This document shows, piece by piece, positions 23,296 to 36,210 of a stretch of DNA of 64,000 nucleotides. The notes below the pieces were generated by a model that searched no databases, was not told the DNA's origin, and saw nothing but the letters and a program-made list of their open reading frames with translations. Positions within the stretch are counted from its first letter, which is position 1. Every line of letters starts with the position of its first letter. Source of the DNA: Macrostomum lignano (taxonomy: Eukaryota); the NCBI GenBank assembly GCA_002269645.1, contig NIVC01001639.1:1-64000 (forward strand), given 5' to 3'. The position numbers and the translations under genes were made by a program.

Positions 23296-25440
23296 ATGAA
23301 TTTTAACCTCAATAATAATAATGGCTTCTTTAATCAGGGGTTGTTACCTAAATGATGAGATTTCTTCTTAGTGATAATAACTGGCAAACGATACTTACTA
23401 CTAGTCTACTTGTGAAGAAACAGTAGACTAATGTGAACACGATCGATTGCATGCAAATTTCTGAAACATGGTGACAGGAAGCAGAGAAGTTTAGCGGTAA
23501 ACGCCTCTGCGTCCGACTCTCCACACGACCCGGACACACATAAAGATTCGACTATTCTGTTTGCTACATTTGATACCCAACGAAATCTTACTCCTGCTTT
23601 GATCAATTTGCTTATATTTGTTTCAGATCTGGTACGTAAATGTAGAGTTGATGAATTCCGAGCAAATGGGCTTGTATCCTGAAGAAACAGCTCAGGATTA
23701 AATATGATAATAGCCGCGGGAATACATTTCTACCCCCCCCCCCCTACTTAGGTGTGCATTTGTCTAAGTCGATGCAAAGCTATTCGCCTTGAAGCATCTA
23801 TAATTCCTGCTTCATATGCAGTCTGTTAGCACTTTCTTAAACTTTTGCTGAGCTTCAAGTGAACTGAAACCCCCGCTTAGCTCCAACAGTTCTTTCTTTT
23901 GCTTTCAGCCTAGCTGAGCGCCAGCCTCCACTTTGCCTCCGACTCCCCAGCGCAGTGTCCAGCGTGTGCTTGAGTCGAGATTGCTCTCTGGCTATTTGAG
24001 CAAGCGGAACTCTCATGAATTGCCGATGAAACCTGTGCCACAATTTGCGGCTGAAGTGACGAGCCTGCAGAGCAAATATGCTGGCCGCAGAGACCAATAG
24101 TGCTGCAACAGGCGTCCCCAGAAAGGCCTCATTGAATTCAGCCTCTCCTATTCTTCCTTCGTTCTATGCAATTTTTAATTAACCAAAAAACCAACCACTG
24201 CCACCTGTTGTTGTTGGGATCAAAATTAGAAAGGCGACGAGGGAGAGGGAGAGAGAGAGTTGAGAGATCTCAGGCGGTTGCGTGCCCGGCAGACTGACTG
24301 ACCGGGCACAGGAAGAGCCGAGAGCGAGGCCGGGCAGACCCCCCCTCAGGACGAAAAATGGGAATATTGGGAACTCTGAGTCTCTAAAATGCGAGTCTGA
24401 ACTCCACCACCCCGGTGAAGTGAGGGGGGGGGGCAGGCCCGCGTGAGTGAGGCTGGAGCAGATCCAAATACTACCGAGCCGAGATTGGCACAGACAAGCC
24501 ACCTGGTGAGTTTAGCAAGTGCAAGTTGGGCCACCGAGCCATTGCTCTGGATGATCGCCTTTACTCACACATTGGAGAGAGCTGGGAGTCCAGCCGGGGC
24601 TTGGAGATGAAAAAAACCGCTCGCGCATCGAGATGGAGATTCGATGTCAATTTTTTTTAAAGCGCAGAGCAAGTGCAAGCAAACTAGACTCGAACTCAAA
24701 ACTATATAGAGCTGCTTCCTACATACAAGTACAGCGGAACATGAGCTCTGAGTGTCTTCTGCAGCTTAAAAAGGCACTGCGGAGAAATCCTTCGAGCTGT
24801 CGCTCGCAACTGCAGGTGGGCCCGATACTTACGAGGTAGTTTTCCCATTTCTCCAGTTGTCCCATGGGGTTCGTCCACTCTCTGGCTGACAGCCCCCCCC
24901 CCTGGCCGTGGGTTTTTTGGAGGATTTCTCCTCTGGAATTTACTCCCGCATTGCAACCTCGGCCTGAAACCTGATCTCTTATCGCCTGCTATTAATGTCC
25001 GCATCGGGCCCTACAGATCCATGCATAAATGGGTGCTAATTAGCATAAATTATCCGCCCTATCGTCGCCATCGAGGCGGAAATGAACGGCCGCAGGAAAG
25101 TCGCACACGAGGGCGAGAACGAACTGAGATTTGCTTGGCCAGCCGCTGAGGATTCCATTGATGTTCAGCTTGTATTTTTACTGTGCGTCGGACAGCGGCG
25201 CACCTGCTTGGGTCTGTCAATTACGCAAAGAGATGAACGCGGGAGGGTTACATTTTGTGGCGTGTGGAGGGAGGCGGTGTTTTGAAGGGCTCGCAAGAGC
25301 GCTAAAAGACAGCAATGCTTCTTTCTGTTTCTAAATCCTTAGTCAGGGAGAGAAAGAGAGTCACTAGATGGAATCCCGGGTCACTGGGTGCGCTCTCCTG
25401 GTTGTTCCGCTAAGTTTGTCGCCGTTTGATCATCTGCTCT

Positions 25441-28400
25441 TTAGATGCCCTCGGAGCCGAGGAAGCCGCTATCCACGATGCGACCGAATAGGGCGTAGGC
25501 CTCGCGGTAGGCGTCCTCGGGCATGCCGTCCAGGATCAGGTCGAGAACGCGGCCGTCGCGGGCGAATTCCATGGTGCGGACGAGTTTGTTGCGCTGCTCG
25601 GCGGTCAGGTTGACCTTCTTGGCGTAGTCATCCACGCTGCGCTCCTCTGTGGGGAGGGTTCAGGATGGGCAGGATGGGTCAGGATGGGTCAGGATGGGTC
25701 AGGATGGGTTAGGATGGGTCAGGATGGGCAGGATGGGTCAGGATGGGTCAGGATAGGTTAGAATAGGTCAAGATGGGTCAGAATAGGTCAGGCCGGGTCA
25801 GGGCAGGTCAGAATGCGTCAGGATTGGTCAGGATTGGTCAGGGTGGGTAAGAGTGGATCAGGATGGATCAGGATGGGTCAGGATGGAGGATGGGTCAGAA
25901 TAGGTCAGGCTGGGTCAGGGTAGGTCAGGATGGGTCAGGATGGGCAGGATTTGTCAAAGTAGGTCAGGCCGAGTCAGGGTAGGTCAGGGTGGGTCAGGAT
26001 GGGTCAGGGTGGGTCAGGGTGGGTCAGGGTGGGTCAGGGTGGGTCAGAATGGGTCAGTTGGACTCAAAATAGCTTAGGCGAAGTCATATTAGATCAGAAC
26101 GGACTAGATCAAGTCAGCTGTGAGATGAGTAGAGTCAGTTAAGTCCCTTATAGCCGTGAGAATAGTAGCTGAGCAACTTTGATCAATTTCTTCAGCACAT
26201 GCGGCAGTCTGGTGGATTGCCTGACATATTATTTTTTTGAGTCATGCTATGAATTTCTGGATGGCAACTGAAAGAACCTGAAAGATCTTTTCTATTTCTT
26301 ATTCTCTGCGTTGTGGGGGGCATCCAGTTCTGCTGCTGTCTGCAAAGGTTCTGCGACAGGCTTTGACATTCAATAATAGTTGAAGCAATTCGATTCAAGA
26401 TGGAACAAAGATTTAGCCAATTTATTGTGTTTTTACTGTTCAAATGTTTGAGAAGACATAAAAAAATGTTCTGGTAAATGTTTCCTGCTTTTGCATTTGC
26501 ATTGACTTTTCTAATATCTCCTTTTTCGTGTCATTGTTCGTGGTTGACTTTCTGTGTCTGAGTTCAGGTCTTCTGTGCATTCGTAAGTCGGCTGTTCTCA
26601 CCCTATCTCACCCTATCTTACTCCATCTACCTCCATCTAACTCTATCTCATCCTATCGCATCCCTTCTCACAATGTCTCATCCTATCTCATCCTATCTTA
26701 TTTCATCTCATCCAATCTCACTCCACCTCATCATATTTCACCGTATTTCACTTCATCTATCCTTATCTAACTCCATCTCATCCTATCTCATCCCATCTCA
26801 TCCCATTTCATCCCATTTCATCCCATTTCATCCCATCTCACTTCATCTTATCCAATCTCATCCTATGTCATCCCATCTCACTCCATCTCATCACATCTCA
26901 CTCCATCTCATCACATCTCACCCCATCTGATCCCATCTCATCCTATCTCATCCCATCTCATCCCATTTCATCCCATTTCATCCCATCTCACTTCATCTTA
27001 TCCAATCTCATCCTATGTCATCCCATCTCACTCCATCTCATCACATCTCACTCCATCTCATCACATCTCACCCCATCTGATCCCATCTCATCCTATCTCA
27101 TCCCATCTCATCCCATTTCATCCCATCTCACTTCATCTTATCCCATCTCATCCTATGTCATCCCATCTCACTCCATCTCATCCCATCTCACTCCATCTCA
27201 TCCCATCTCATCATGTCTCATCCCATCTCATCCCATCTCATCCCATCTCACCACATCTTATCCCATTCCATTCCATCTCAATCCATTTCAATGTCAGCCA
27301 AAAATTCTTCATATTCTGAGTTCCTTCATCTCAATGAATATTTTCCTATTAAATTCTGCCAGTCACGACCGCGAACAGCAATATCTGTTTAACTAAAACA
27401 GAAAAAAATTCTGCATTTCTCAGACTCTCATTTCGTTCCCTTCAGTGCCGGATTCCCTGCCCGAGCTGCAGCTCTAAAAATAGACTTTAGAGTGTAGAAG
27501 AAGCAGGATTGTTAATAATCTCACTCTGTATTTCCGGGCTCCTCTTGCAGTATTTGAAGAACTTGAAAGCATCTCAGACAGACAGCAAGTGAAATGAGAA
27601 TTAACGCTAATATATTGTTTGAGAACTTTCGAACAGTGACTACTCGATGAGATTGGCTCACCGGTCAGCAGCTTGGACAGGGTGTCCGGGCTGCCCTCGC
27701 CCAGGACACCGGGGATGAGCCAGTAGTGGAATCGTTGGATGAACATCTTCAGGATGATGCTGGCTGGCCGGTCCTCTGAAAGCATAGGAAAGTGCGCGAT
27801 GTACTTTTGAGAGTGGACTAAACTCATTTAGGGTTTAGTACTGTAATAGTGCTGGGGTGAACTAGTGTCTGATAGAGGGAGTGAACTAGTGTCTGATAGA
27901 GGGAGTGAACTAGTGTCTGATAGAGGGAGTGAACTAGTGTCTGATAGACGGAGTGAACTAGTGTCTGATAGAGGGAGTGAACTAGTGTCTGATAGAGGGA
28001 GTGAACTAGTGTCTGATAGAGGGTGTGAACTAGTGTCTGATAGAGGGAGTGAACTAGTGTCTGATAGAGGGAGTGAACTAGTGTCTGATAGAGGGAGTGA
28101 ACTAGTGTCTGATAGAGGGAGTGAACTAGTGTCTGATAGAGGGAGTGAACTAGTGTCTGATAGAGGGAGTGAACTAGTGTCTGATAGAGGGAGTGAACTA
28201 GTGTCTGATAGAGGGAGTGAACTAGTGTCTGACAAAGGGAGTGAACTAGTGTCTGATAGAGGGAGTGAACTAGTGTCTGATAGAGGGAGTGAACTAGTGT
28301 CTGATAGAGGGAGTGAACTAGTGTCTGATAGAGGGAGTGAACTAGTGTCTGATAGAGGGAGTGAACTAGTGTCTGATAGAGGGAGTGAACTAGTGTCTGA

Positions 28401-31400
28401 CAAAGGGAGTGAACTAGTGTCTGATAGAGGGAGTGAACTAGTGTCTGATAGAGGGAGTGAACTAGTGTCTGATAGAGGGAGTGAACTAGTGTCTGACAGA
28501 GGGAGTGAACTAGTGTCTGATAGAGGGAGTGAACTAGTGTCTGATAGAGGGAGTGAACTAGTGTCTGATAGAGGGAGTGAACTAGTGTCTGATAGAGGGA
28601 GTGAACTAGTGTCTGATAGAGGGAGTGAACTAGTGTCTGATAGAGGGAGTGAACTAGTGGGAGTATGTTTGATTTTAATATTTGATCAGATATGTTATTA
28701 TAGTAAATTTTGTCCGAACAGCCTGATAAGAATTCATCTTACAAAGACAAATTTCACCCCCCACAGCGCAGGCCGAGCAGCCCGATGAACTTTTCCCACG
28801 CTACCGAAAAATAGGTTTATGCTCTCACAGCACTGCTCAGGGGGCTGCTGCTGGCTTCCGCCTTCTCCCTTTTTAGATGGGGCATTTTTTCTGTCCCAAA
28901 AGTTTGGCTTCGGCCGCGCGCCCACCACAATGGAGTCCATATTGTGTCCCGCGTGCATTTTTACCTTTCATTTGCCCAATGAATTGCTTGCCCGACCGGG
29001 CTGTGATTAATGCTTTCGGGTGTTCGTATATGGTGGCTTCGGTAGTGCTTTCTACGGTTGTGCCGGGTGTTTTTTTCTGGGCTTTTTTGGGCTGCTAGCG
29101 ATGTGTTTGACTGCGAGTTCATGTGTGTGCGTGTGTGTGGATGTGTGTGCGTGTGTGCGTGTGTGTGAAGAATGAAGCAGCGTGAACATGAAGAATGAAG
29201 CAGCGTGAACATGAAGAATGAAGCAGCGTGAACATGAAGAATGAAGGAGTGTGAACATGAAGAATGAAGGAGTGTGAACATGAAGAATGAAGCAGCGTGA
29301 ACATGAAGAATGAAGGAGTGTGAACATGAAGAATGAAGCAGCGTGAACATGAAGAATGAAGCAGCGTGAACATGAAGAATGAAGGAGCGTGAACATGAAG
29401 AATGAAGCAGCGTGAACATGAAGAATGAAGGAGCGTGAACATGAAGAATGAAGCAGCGTGAACATGAAGAATGAAGCAGCGTGAACATGAAGAATGAAAG
29501 AGGGTGAACATGGAGAATGAAGGAGCGTGAACATGAAGAATGAAAGAGGGTGAACATGGAGAATGAAGGAAGGTGAACATGAAGAATGAAGCAGCGTGAA
29601 CATGAAGAATGAAGCAGCGTGAACATGAAGAATGAAGCAGCGTGAACATGAAGAATGAAGCAGCGTGAACATGGAGAATGAAGGAGCGTGAATATGAAGA
29701 ATGAAGCAGCGTGAACATGGAGAATGAAGGAGCGTGAACATGAAGAATGAAGCAGCGTGAACATGGAGAATGAAGGAGCTTGAATAAAAGAATGAAGCAG
29801 CGTGAACATGGAGAATGAAGGAAGGTGAACATGGAGAATGAAGGAGCGTGAACATGGAGAATGAAGCAGCGTGAACATGGAGAATGAAGCAGCGTGAACA
29901 TGGAGAATGAAGCAGCGTGAACATGGAGAATGAAGCAGCGTGAGAGAGCTTCTGCTTGCTCGGAGGCAGGCGCATTAAATCCACTGATTTTGAAAGAAAA
30001 AATCAAATCCCAAAAGACATTCATACGCAGTGAGCAAACACAATTTTATCTCAAAATGAAATTATTAAATTCAGAAAATTCAGAAAATTCAGAAAATTCT
30101 CGCGCAGTTCCGCTTCGCTCTTGAATCCTTCAACCCTTGATGGAGTTGAAGAGGCTCAGAAGCCATTCGAGTGCCTGCGACACTAAGGTGGGCTGCTGTC
30201 AGCTTCAATATATTGACATTTTCGCAGAGGACCTCACAGTGCGTCACTTATTCCCAGTGTGATTAATTCCTGTTTGCAGAATATTAGACTGACTTGATGA
30301 CAAAAAAAACAACTTGATAAATACAAATCTCCAGTTGACAGGTGAATTTACAGAGGCTGTCACCCGGTCGCCTCCAGGTGACGGGAGCTGTCACAGGTTT
30401 TTGACACCCCAAAATTTTTAGCTGTCACAGCTCCTCAAACTGATAATTAAAAGCGGTGACCGCTTAGACTGAGAATGAAGGAAATGTCAATCTATGTGAA
30501 TGTGCATGTAAATCGCTATTTAAATCTCTATGTCAATCTCTATGCAAATCTCTATGTCAATCTCATTGCAAATCTCTATGTCAATCTCTATGTCAATCTC
30601 TATGTCAATCTCTATGTCAATCTCTATGCAAATCTCTATGTCAATCTCTATGCAAATCTCTATGTCAATCTAATTGCAAATCTCTATGTCAATCTCTATG
30701 TCAATCTCTATGTCAATCTCTATGCAAATCTCTATGTCAATCTCATTGCAAATCTCTATGTCAATCTCTATGTCAATCTCTATGCAAATCTCTATGTCAA
30801 TCTCTATGCAAATCTCTATGTCAATCTAATTGCAAATCTCTATGTCAATCTCTATGTCAATCTCTATGTCAATCTCTATGCAAATCTCTATGTCAATCTC
30901 TATGCAAATCTCTATGTCAATCTCTATGTCAATCTCTATGTCAATCTCTATGCAAATCTCTATGTCAATCTCTATGTCAATCTCTATGTCAATCTCTATG
31001 TCAATCTCTATGTCAATCTCTATGCAAATCTCTATGTCAATCTTTATGTCAATCTCTATGCAAATCTCTATGTCAATCTCTATGCAAATCTCTATGTCAA
31101 TCTCTATGCAAATCTCTATGTCAATCTCTATGAAAATCTCTATGTCAATCTCTATGCAAATCTCTACGTCAATCTTTCTTTAAATCTATATATAAATCTC
31201 TATGCAAATCTTTATGTTAATCTCTACTCTCACCATGAGATTAAATATAATTGTAGAAGATTCTGAATCTTAAGATTCTGAAAATTGAGAAGTTAGAAGC
31301 CTCACAATCTCACCCTGAGAGATTGAAAAGTGGAAGAACAAGCCCCTTTATCTCACCCTGAGACAAAGTAAGCAGAGAGGGCCGGGGCGGTGCCGCCCCC

Positions 31401-34400
31401 AATAAAACAGATAAATTTGCAGCGCAACTGACCTGCAGGACTCAATCAGGCTAATGGAGTCGAGTTAGTTGTTTGACTGACTATAAACTGAGCGGAGAAT
31501 TCCCACCTACTCAAGCAAACAAATGGGCCCTACCCAAGCCCGACCACCTCTGGGTTCACCAGTCCAGCTAATGGCTAGTATCAAGCTGTAAATTAACATT
31601 CCTGCAAAGACTTTTAAATAGCATCTGGACTGGAAAGCCTGATGCCCGATTTCCATTCCTTTCGATTAGTTTGTCTCCCGAATCCAGATTCTTCCCGAAT
31701 CCCAATTCTTTCCGAATCCCAGTTCTTCTCGAATCAGGATTCTTCCCGAATCCCGATTCTTCCCGAATCCCGATTCTTCCCGAATCCCAATTCTTCCCGA
31801 ATCCCGATTCTTCCCGAATCCCGATTCTTCCCGAATCCCGATTCTTCCCGAATCCCGATTCTTCCCGAATCCCGATTCTTCCCGAATCCCGATTCTTCCC
31901 GAATCCCGATTCTTCCCGAATCCTAATTCTTCCCGAATCCCAATTCTTCCTGAATCCCGATTCTTCCCGAATCCCGATTCTTCCCGAATCCCGATTCTTC
32001 CCGAATTCCAATTCTTCCTGAATCCCGATTCTTCCCGAATCCCGATTCTTCCTGAATCCCGATTCTTCCTGAATTCCAATTCTTCCTGAATCCCGATTCT
32101 TCCCGAATCCCAATTCTTCCCGAATCCCAATTCTTTCCGAATCCCAGTTCTTCTCGAATCAGGATTCTTCCTGAATCCCAATTCTTCCCGAATCCCAATT
32201 CTTCCCGAATCCCAATTCTTCCCGAATCCTAATTCTTCCCGAATCCCGATTCTTCCCGAATTCCAATTCTTCCCGAATCCCAATTCTTCCCGAATCCCAA
32301 TTCTTCCCGAATCCCAATTCTTCCCGAATCCTAATTCTTCCCGAATCCCGATTCTTCCCGAATCCCAATTCTTCCCGAATCCCGATTCTTCCCGAATCCC
32401 GATTCTTCCTGAATCCCAATTCTTCCTGAATCCCAATTCTTCCCGAATCCCGATTCTTCCCGAATTCCAATTCTTCCCGAATTCCAATTCTTCCCGAATC
32501 CCGATTCTTCCCGAATCCCGATTCTTCCCGAATCCCGATTCTTCCTGAATCCCAATTCTTCCTGAATCCCAATTCTTCCCGAATCCCAATTCTTCCCGAA
32601 TCCCGATTCTTCCCGAATTCCAATTCTTCCTGAATCCCAATTCTTCCCGAATCCCGATTCTTCCTGAATCCCAATTCTTCCCGAATCCCGATTCTTCCCG
32701 AATTCCAATTCTTCCCGAATTCCAATTCTTCCCGAATCCCAATTCTTCCCGAATCCCGATTCTTCCCGAATCCCGATTCTTCCCGAATCCCGATTCTTCC
32801 TGAATCCCAATTCTTCCTGAATCCCAATTCTTCCCGAATCCCAATTCTTCCCGAATCCCGATTCTTCCCGAATCCCGATTCTTCCCGAATCCCGATTCTT
32901 CCTGAATCCCGATTCTTCCCGAATCCCGATTCTTCCCGAATTCCAATTCTTCCTGAATCCCGATTCTTCCCGAATCCCGATTCTTCCTGAATCCCGATTC
33001 TTCCTGAATTCCAATTCTTCCTGAATCCCGATTCTTCCCGAATCCCAATTCTTCCCGAATCCCAATTCTTCCCGAATCCCAATTCTTTCCGAATCCCAGT
33101 TCTTCTCGAATCAGGATTCTTCCTGAATCCCAATTCTTCCCGAATCCCAATTCTTCCCGAATCCCAATTCTTCCCGAATCCTAATTCTTCCCGAATCCCG
33201 ATTCTTCCCGAATTCCAATTCTTCCCGAATCCCAATTCTTCCCGAATCCCAATTCTTCCCGAATCCCAATTCTTCCCGAATCCTAATTCTTCCCGAATCC
33301 CGATTCTTCCCGAATCCCAATTCTTCCCGAATCCCAATTCTTGCCGAATCCCAGTTCTTCCAGAATCCTTCCTAAGTCTTCTGAAATCCGCAAAACTGTC
33401 ATTACGATTGGTTTCAAGTCTGAGTTCACAGGACTTCTAAAAAGAGCTCCTGGACAGGTGGCGTCCCTTATCCAACCAGCATATCGGAACTCAACCCTAT
33501 CCAATAAGTCGCAGTTGCAGATGCTGTTGTTGGCAACAAGCCAATGCTTTAATACAAGGCCGCTTCCAGTCCAGATGCTATTTTTAGAAGTCCACAATTG
33601 GAACAGATCCTTCTCCATTTTTCTATACACGGAAGGCTACGCATTCAATAAGGATTTATCAGCTTCTCAGATGGACTTTTGGCCATAGACAAATGCTGAG
33701 TAATCAACAACACCGAAGGCTGCTCACTGGCGGTGCACAGCGCCTTGTCCTCGTCGTAGCCGTCGATGCAGTCGGCCCGGCCGTCGCAGATGAAAGCGAA
33801 CGAGAGGCACTGGCCGCTCTTGCAAGGCCACGGAGTCGAACGGGGACAGTCGTTGCCAACAACTCCGGGGCCGGCTGCGGGATCCGGTTGGGAGATTTAT
33901 GGGAAAACTGAGATTTATTGAAGAACTGGGTTTTGGGAAGAATTCGGACTTGGGAAGAATTAGGATTTGGGAAGAATCGGGATTTAGAAAAAAGGGAATT
34001 AGAAAGAATTGGGGGTTTAGGGAGAATTGAAACTTAGGGAGAATCGGGATTTAGGGAAAATCGGGATTCAGGGAGAATCGGGGTTTAGGGAGAATCGGGA
34101 CTTAGGGAGAATCAAGATTTAGGGAGAATCGGGACTTAGGGAGAATCAAGATTTAGGGAGAATTGGGATTTAGGGAGAATCAAGATTTAGGGAGAATCGG
34201 GACTTAGGGAGAATCAAGATTTAGGGAGAATTGGGATTTAGGGAGAATCGGGATTTAGGGAGAATCGGGATTTAGGGAGAATCGGGATTTAGGGAGAATC
34301 GGGATTTAGGGAGGGATCAGTATTTATGGAGAATCGGGATTTAGGGAGAATCGGGATTTAGGGAGGGATCAGGATTTATGGAGAATCGGGATTTAGGGAG

Positions 34401-35215
34401 AATCGGGATTTAGGGAGAATCGGGATTTAGGGAGGGATCAGGATATAAGGAGAATCGGGATTTAGGGACATTCGGGATTTAGGGAGAATCGGGATTTAGG
34501 GAGGGATTAGGATTTAGAGAGAATCGGGATTTAGGGAGAATCGGGATTTAGGGAGAATCGGGATTTAGGGAGGGATCAGGATATAAGGAGAATCGGGATT
34601 TAGGGACATTCGGGATTTAGGGAGAATCGGGATTTAGGGAGGGATTAGGATTTAGGGAGAATCGGGATATAGGGAGAATCGGGATTTAGGGAGAATCGGG
34701 ATTTAGGGAGAATCGGGATTTAGGGAGAATCGGGATTTAGGGAGAATCGGGATTTAGGGAGAATCGGGATTTAGGGAGAATCGGGATTTAGGGAGAATCG
34801 GGATTTAGGGAGAATCGGGATTTAGGGAGAATCGGGATTTAGGGAGAATCGGGATTTAGGGAGAATCGGGATTTAGGGAGAATCGGGATTTAGGGAGAAT
34901 CGGGATATAGGGAGAATCGGGATTTAGGGAGAATCGGGATTTAGGGAGAATCGGGATTTAGGGAGAATCGGGATTTAGGGAGAATCGGGATTTAGGGAGA
35001 ATCGGGATTTAGGGAGAATCGGGATACTCACACTTGCCAGTCCGCATGAGCTGCCTGTAGGCGGTCGCCGAACCCAGAAGGCACAGAACGACGGCAACGG
35101 CAGTTACAAAATTGGCTGCGGGGGGTGGTTAACATGGTTTTTTGGCAAAGTTTCAAGTTGCAATCAGTGACAAATTTTCTAATACTATTAGATTAACCGG
35201 AGACTCACGACTCAT
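25441..35215 (-). CDS. Prohormone-4-like secreted protein (signal peptide + LDL-receptor class A domain + conserved helical C-terminus), 5 coding exons, 185 aa
   Basis: Exons 35215-35209 (ATG AGT C), 35115-35032, 33874-33728, 27775-27662 and 25646-25441; all introns phase 1 and GT-AG. Protein [103 protein letters not shown]. The family call comes from recalled similarity to prohormone-4 (DEDxxLCTAxxRP, terminal LxxxGFL). Confidence 0.75.
25660..26055. repeat. 10-bp minisatellite (TCAGGATGGG)n next to the last acceptor of the prohormone-4-like gene
   Basis: Direct periodicity, degenerate. Confidence 0.9.
26595..27295. repeat. 10-bp minisatellite (TCCCATCTCA)n
   Basis: Direct periodicity with internal higher-order duplication. 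Confidence 0.9.
27857..28659. repeat. 24-bp minisatellite (GTGAACTAGTGTCTGATAGAGGGA), about 33 units
   Basis: Direct periodicity. Confidence 0.97.
29165..29943. repeat. 23-bp minisatellite (ATGAAGAATGAAGCAGCGTGAAC)
   Basis: Direct periodicity. Confidence 0.96.
30525..31230. repeat. 12-bp minisatellite (TCAATCTCTATG/CAAATCTCTATG)
   Basis: Direct periodicity. Confidence 0.96.
31670..33365. repeat. 17-bp minisatellite (AATCCCGATTCTTCCCG)
   Basis: Direct periodicity with internal higher-order repeats. Confidence 0.97.
33905..35025. repeat. 17-bp minisatellite (GGGAGAATCGGGATTTA), inverted relative of the 31670 array
   Basis: Direct periodicity. The unit is 14/17 identical to the reverse complement of the 31670 unit. 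Confidence 0.97.
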
Positions 35216-35864
35216 TGCCTGCCTCAGCTCTTTGCAGTTGCTTTTGTGATGAAGAAAAATCGGTTCCGCCGACTTCCAGAATATCGTGGATTTCTAAAAG
35301 ATTTGGCGAGCGTTTGTCTTCTCCTGGGCAACTCTGCTACTGCGGCAGCGGCGGCGGCAGCGGCGGAGGCTGCCGCGCTGGCAGCTCTATGATGAGGCAG
35401 GAGGGGAGGCTGGGAGGGGAATCTGCCACAGCAGCTTGGATAGGGCAGGGCCAGCAGCCAACAGAAATGAATTGCCCGAGCGTAGCAGCTCTGCTCCCAA
35501 CCAGTTCAATGTTGCCACCAAAAAACTATTGGATAGATAATACAGCACAGCCCAGGTCTCAGTGAGAAGGCTTGAAACGTTTTTTTTAGAATTGAGTAGC
35601 AGATAGTCAGCTGGGGATGGGGGTTATAGCGATGAAGCTGCTGGATTCTGGGCCAACTTTTGTCATGCATAATTCAAGTTGCTAGGCTGCTACCCCCTGA
35701 GCTACCGATCTGACATTCCAGAGCCGAGAGGTGTCTGGAGTAGTCGGGCTGGTTGGTGGCCGTCCATCATGCAGTCACTCAATCCGGGGTGCTTCACTCA
35801 GTGAAGCCACAGGTGCTGCTCTGAATTGATAACTCTACGACTCAAAAAGTGGGATTGCTGCTCC

Positions 35865-36210
35865 GGCAGAGTATGAGAGAGGGGAGAGTAGGGGAAAGGG
35901 GACAGTAGGGGAAAGGGGAGAGTAGGGGGGAGGGGAGAGTAGGTTGAGAAGGGAGAGTAGGGGAGAGGAGAGAGTAGGGGAGAGTAGGGTAGAGTAGGGT
36001 AGAGTAGGGGAAAGGGGAGAGTAGGGGGAGGGGAGAGTAGGTTGAGAAAGGAGAGTAGGGGAGGGAGAGTAGGGGAGAGTAGGGTATAGTAGGGAGAAGG
36101 GAGAGTAGGGGAGAGAGTATGGGAGAGGGGAGAGTAAGGGGAGAAGGGAGAGTAGGGGAGAGTAGGGGAGAGGGGGAGTAGGGGGGAGGGGAGAGTAGGG
36201 TAAAGAGTAG
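35865..36210. repeat. Irregular purine-rich (GGGGAGAGTA-like) repeat
   Basis: Low-complexity G/A tract. Confidence 0.85.

Noticed and set aside
23640-23720. C/D-box snoRNA suggested by TGATGA...CTGA
   Set aside because: No terminal stem or second box pair could be identified.
35116-35135. ATG at 35135 with a homopolymer indel as the prohormone-4-like start
   Set aside because: A 7-nt coding exon (35215-35209) with a GTGAGT donor and an acceptor at 35116 restores the frame without invoking an error.
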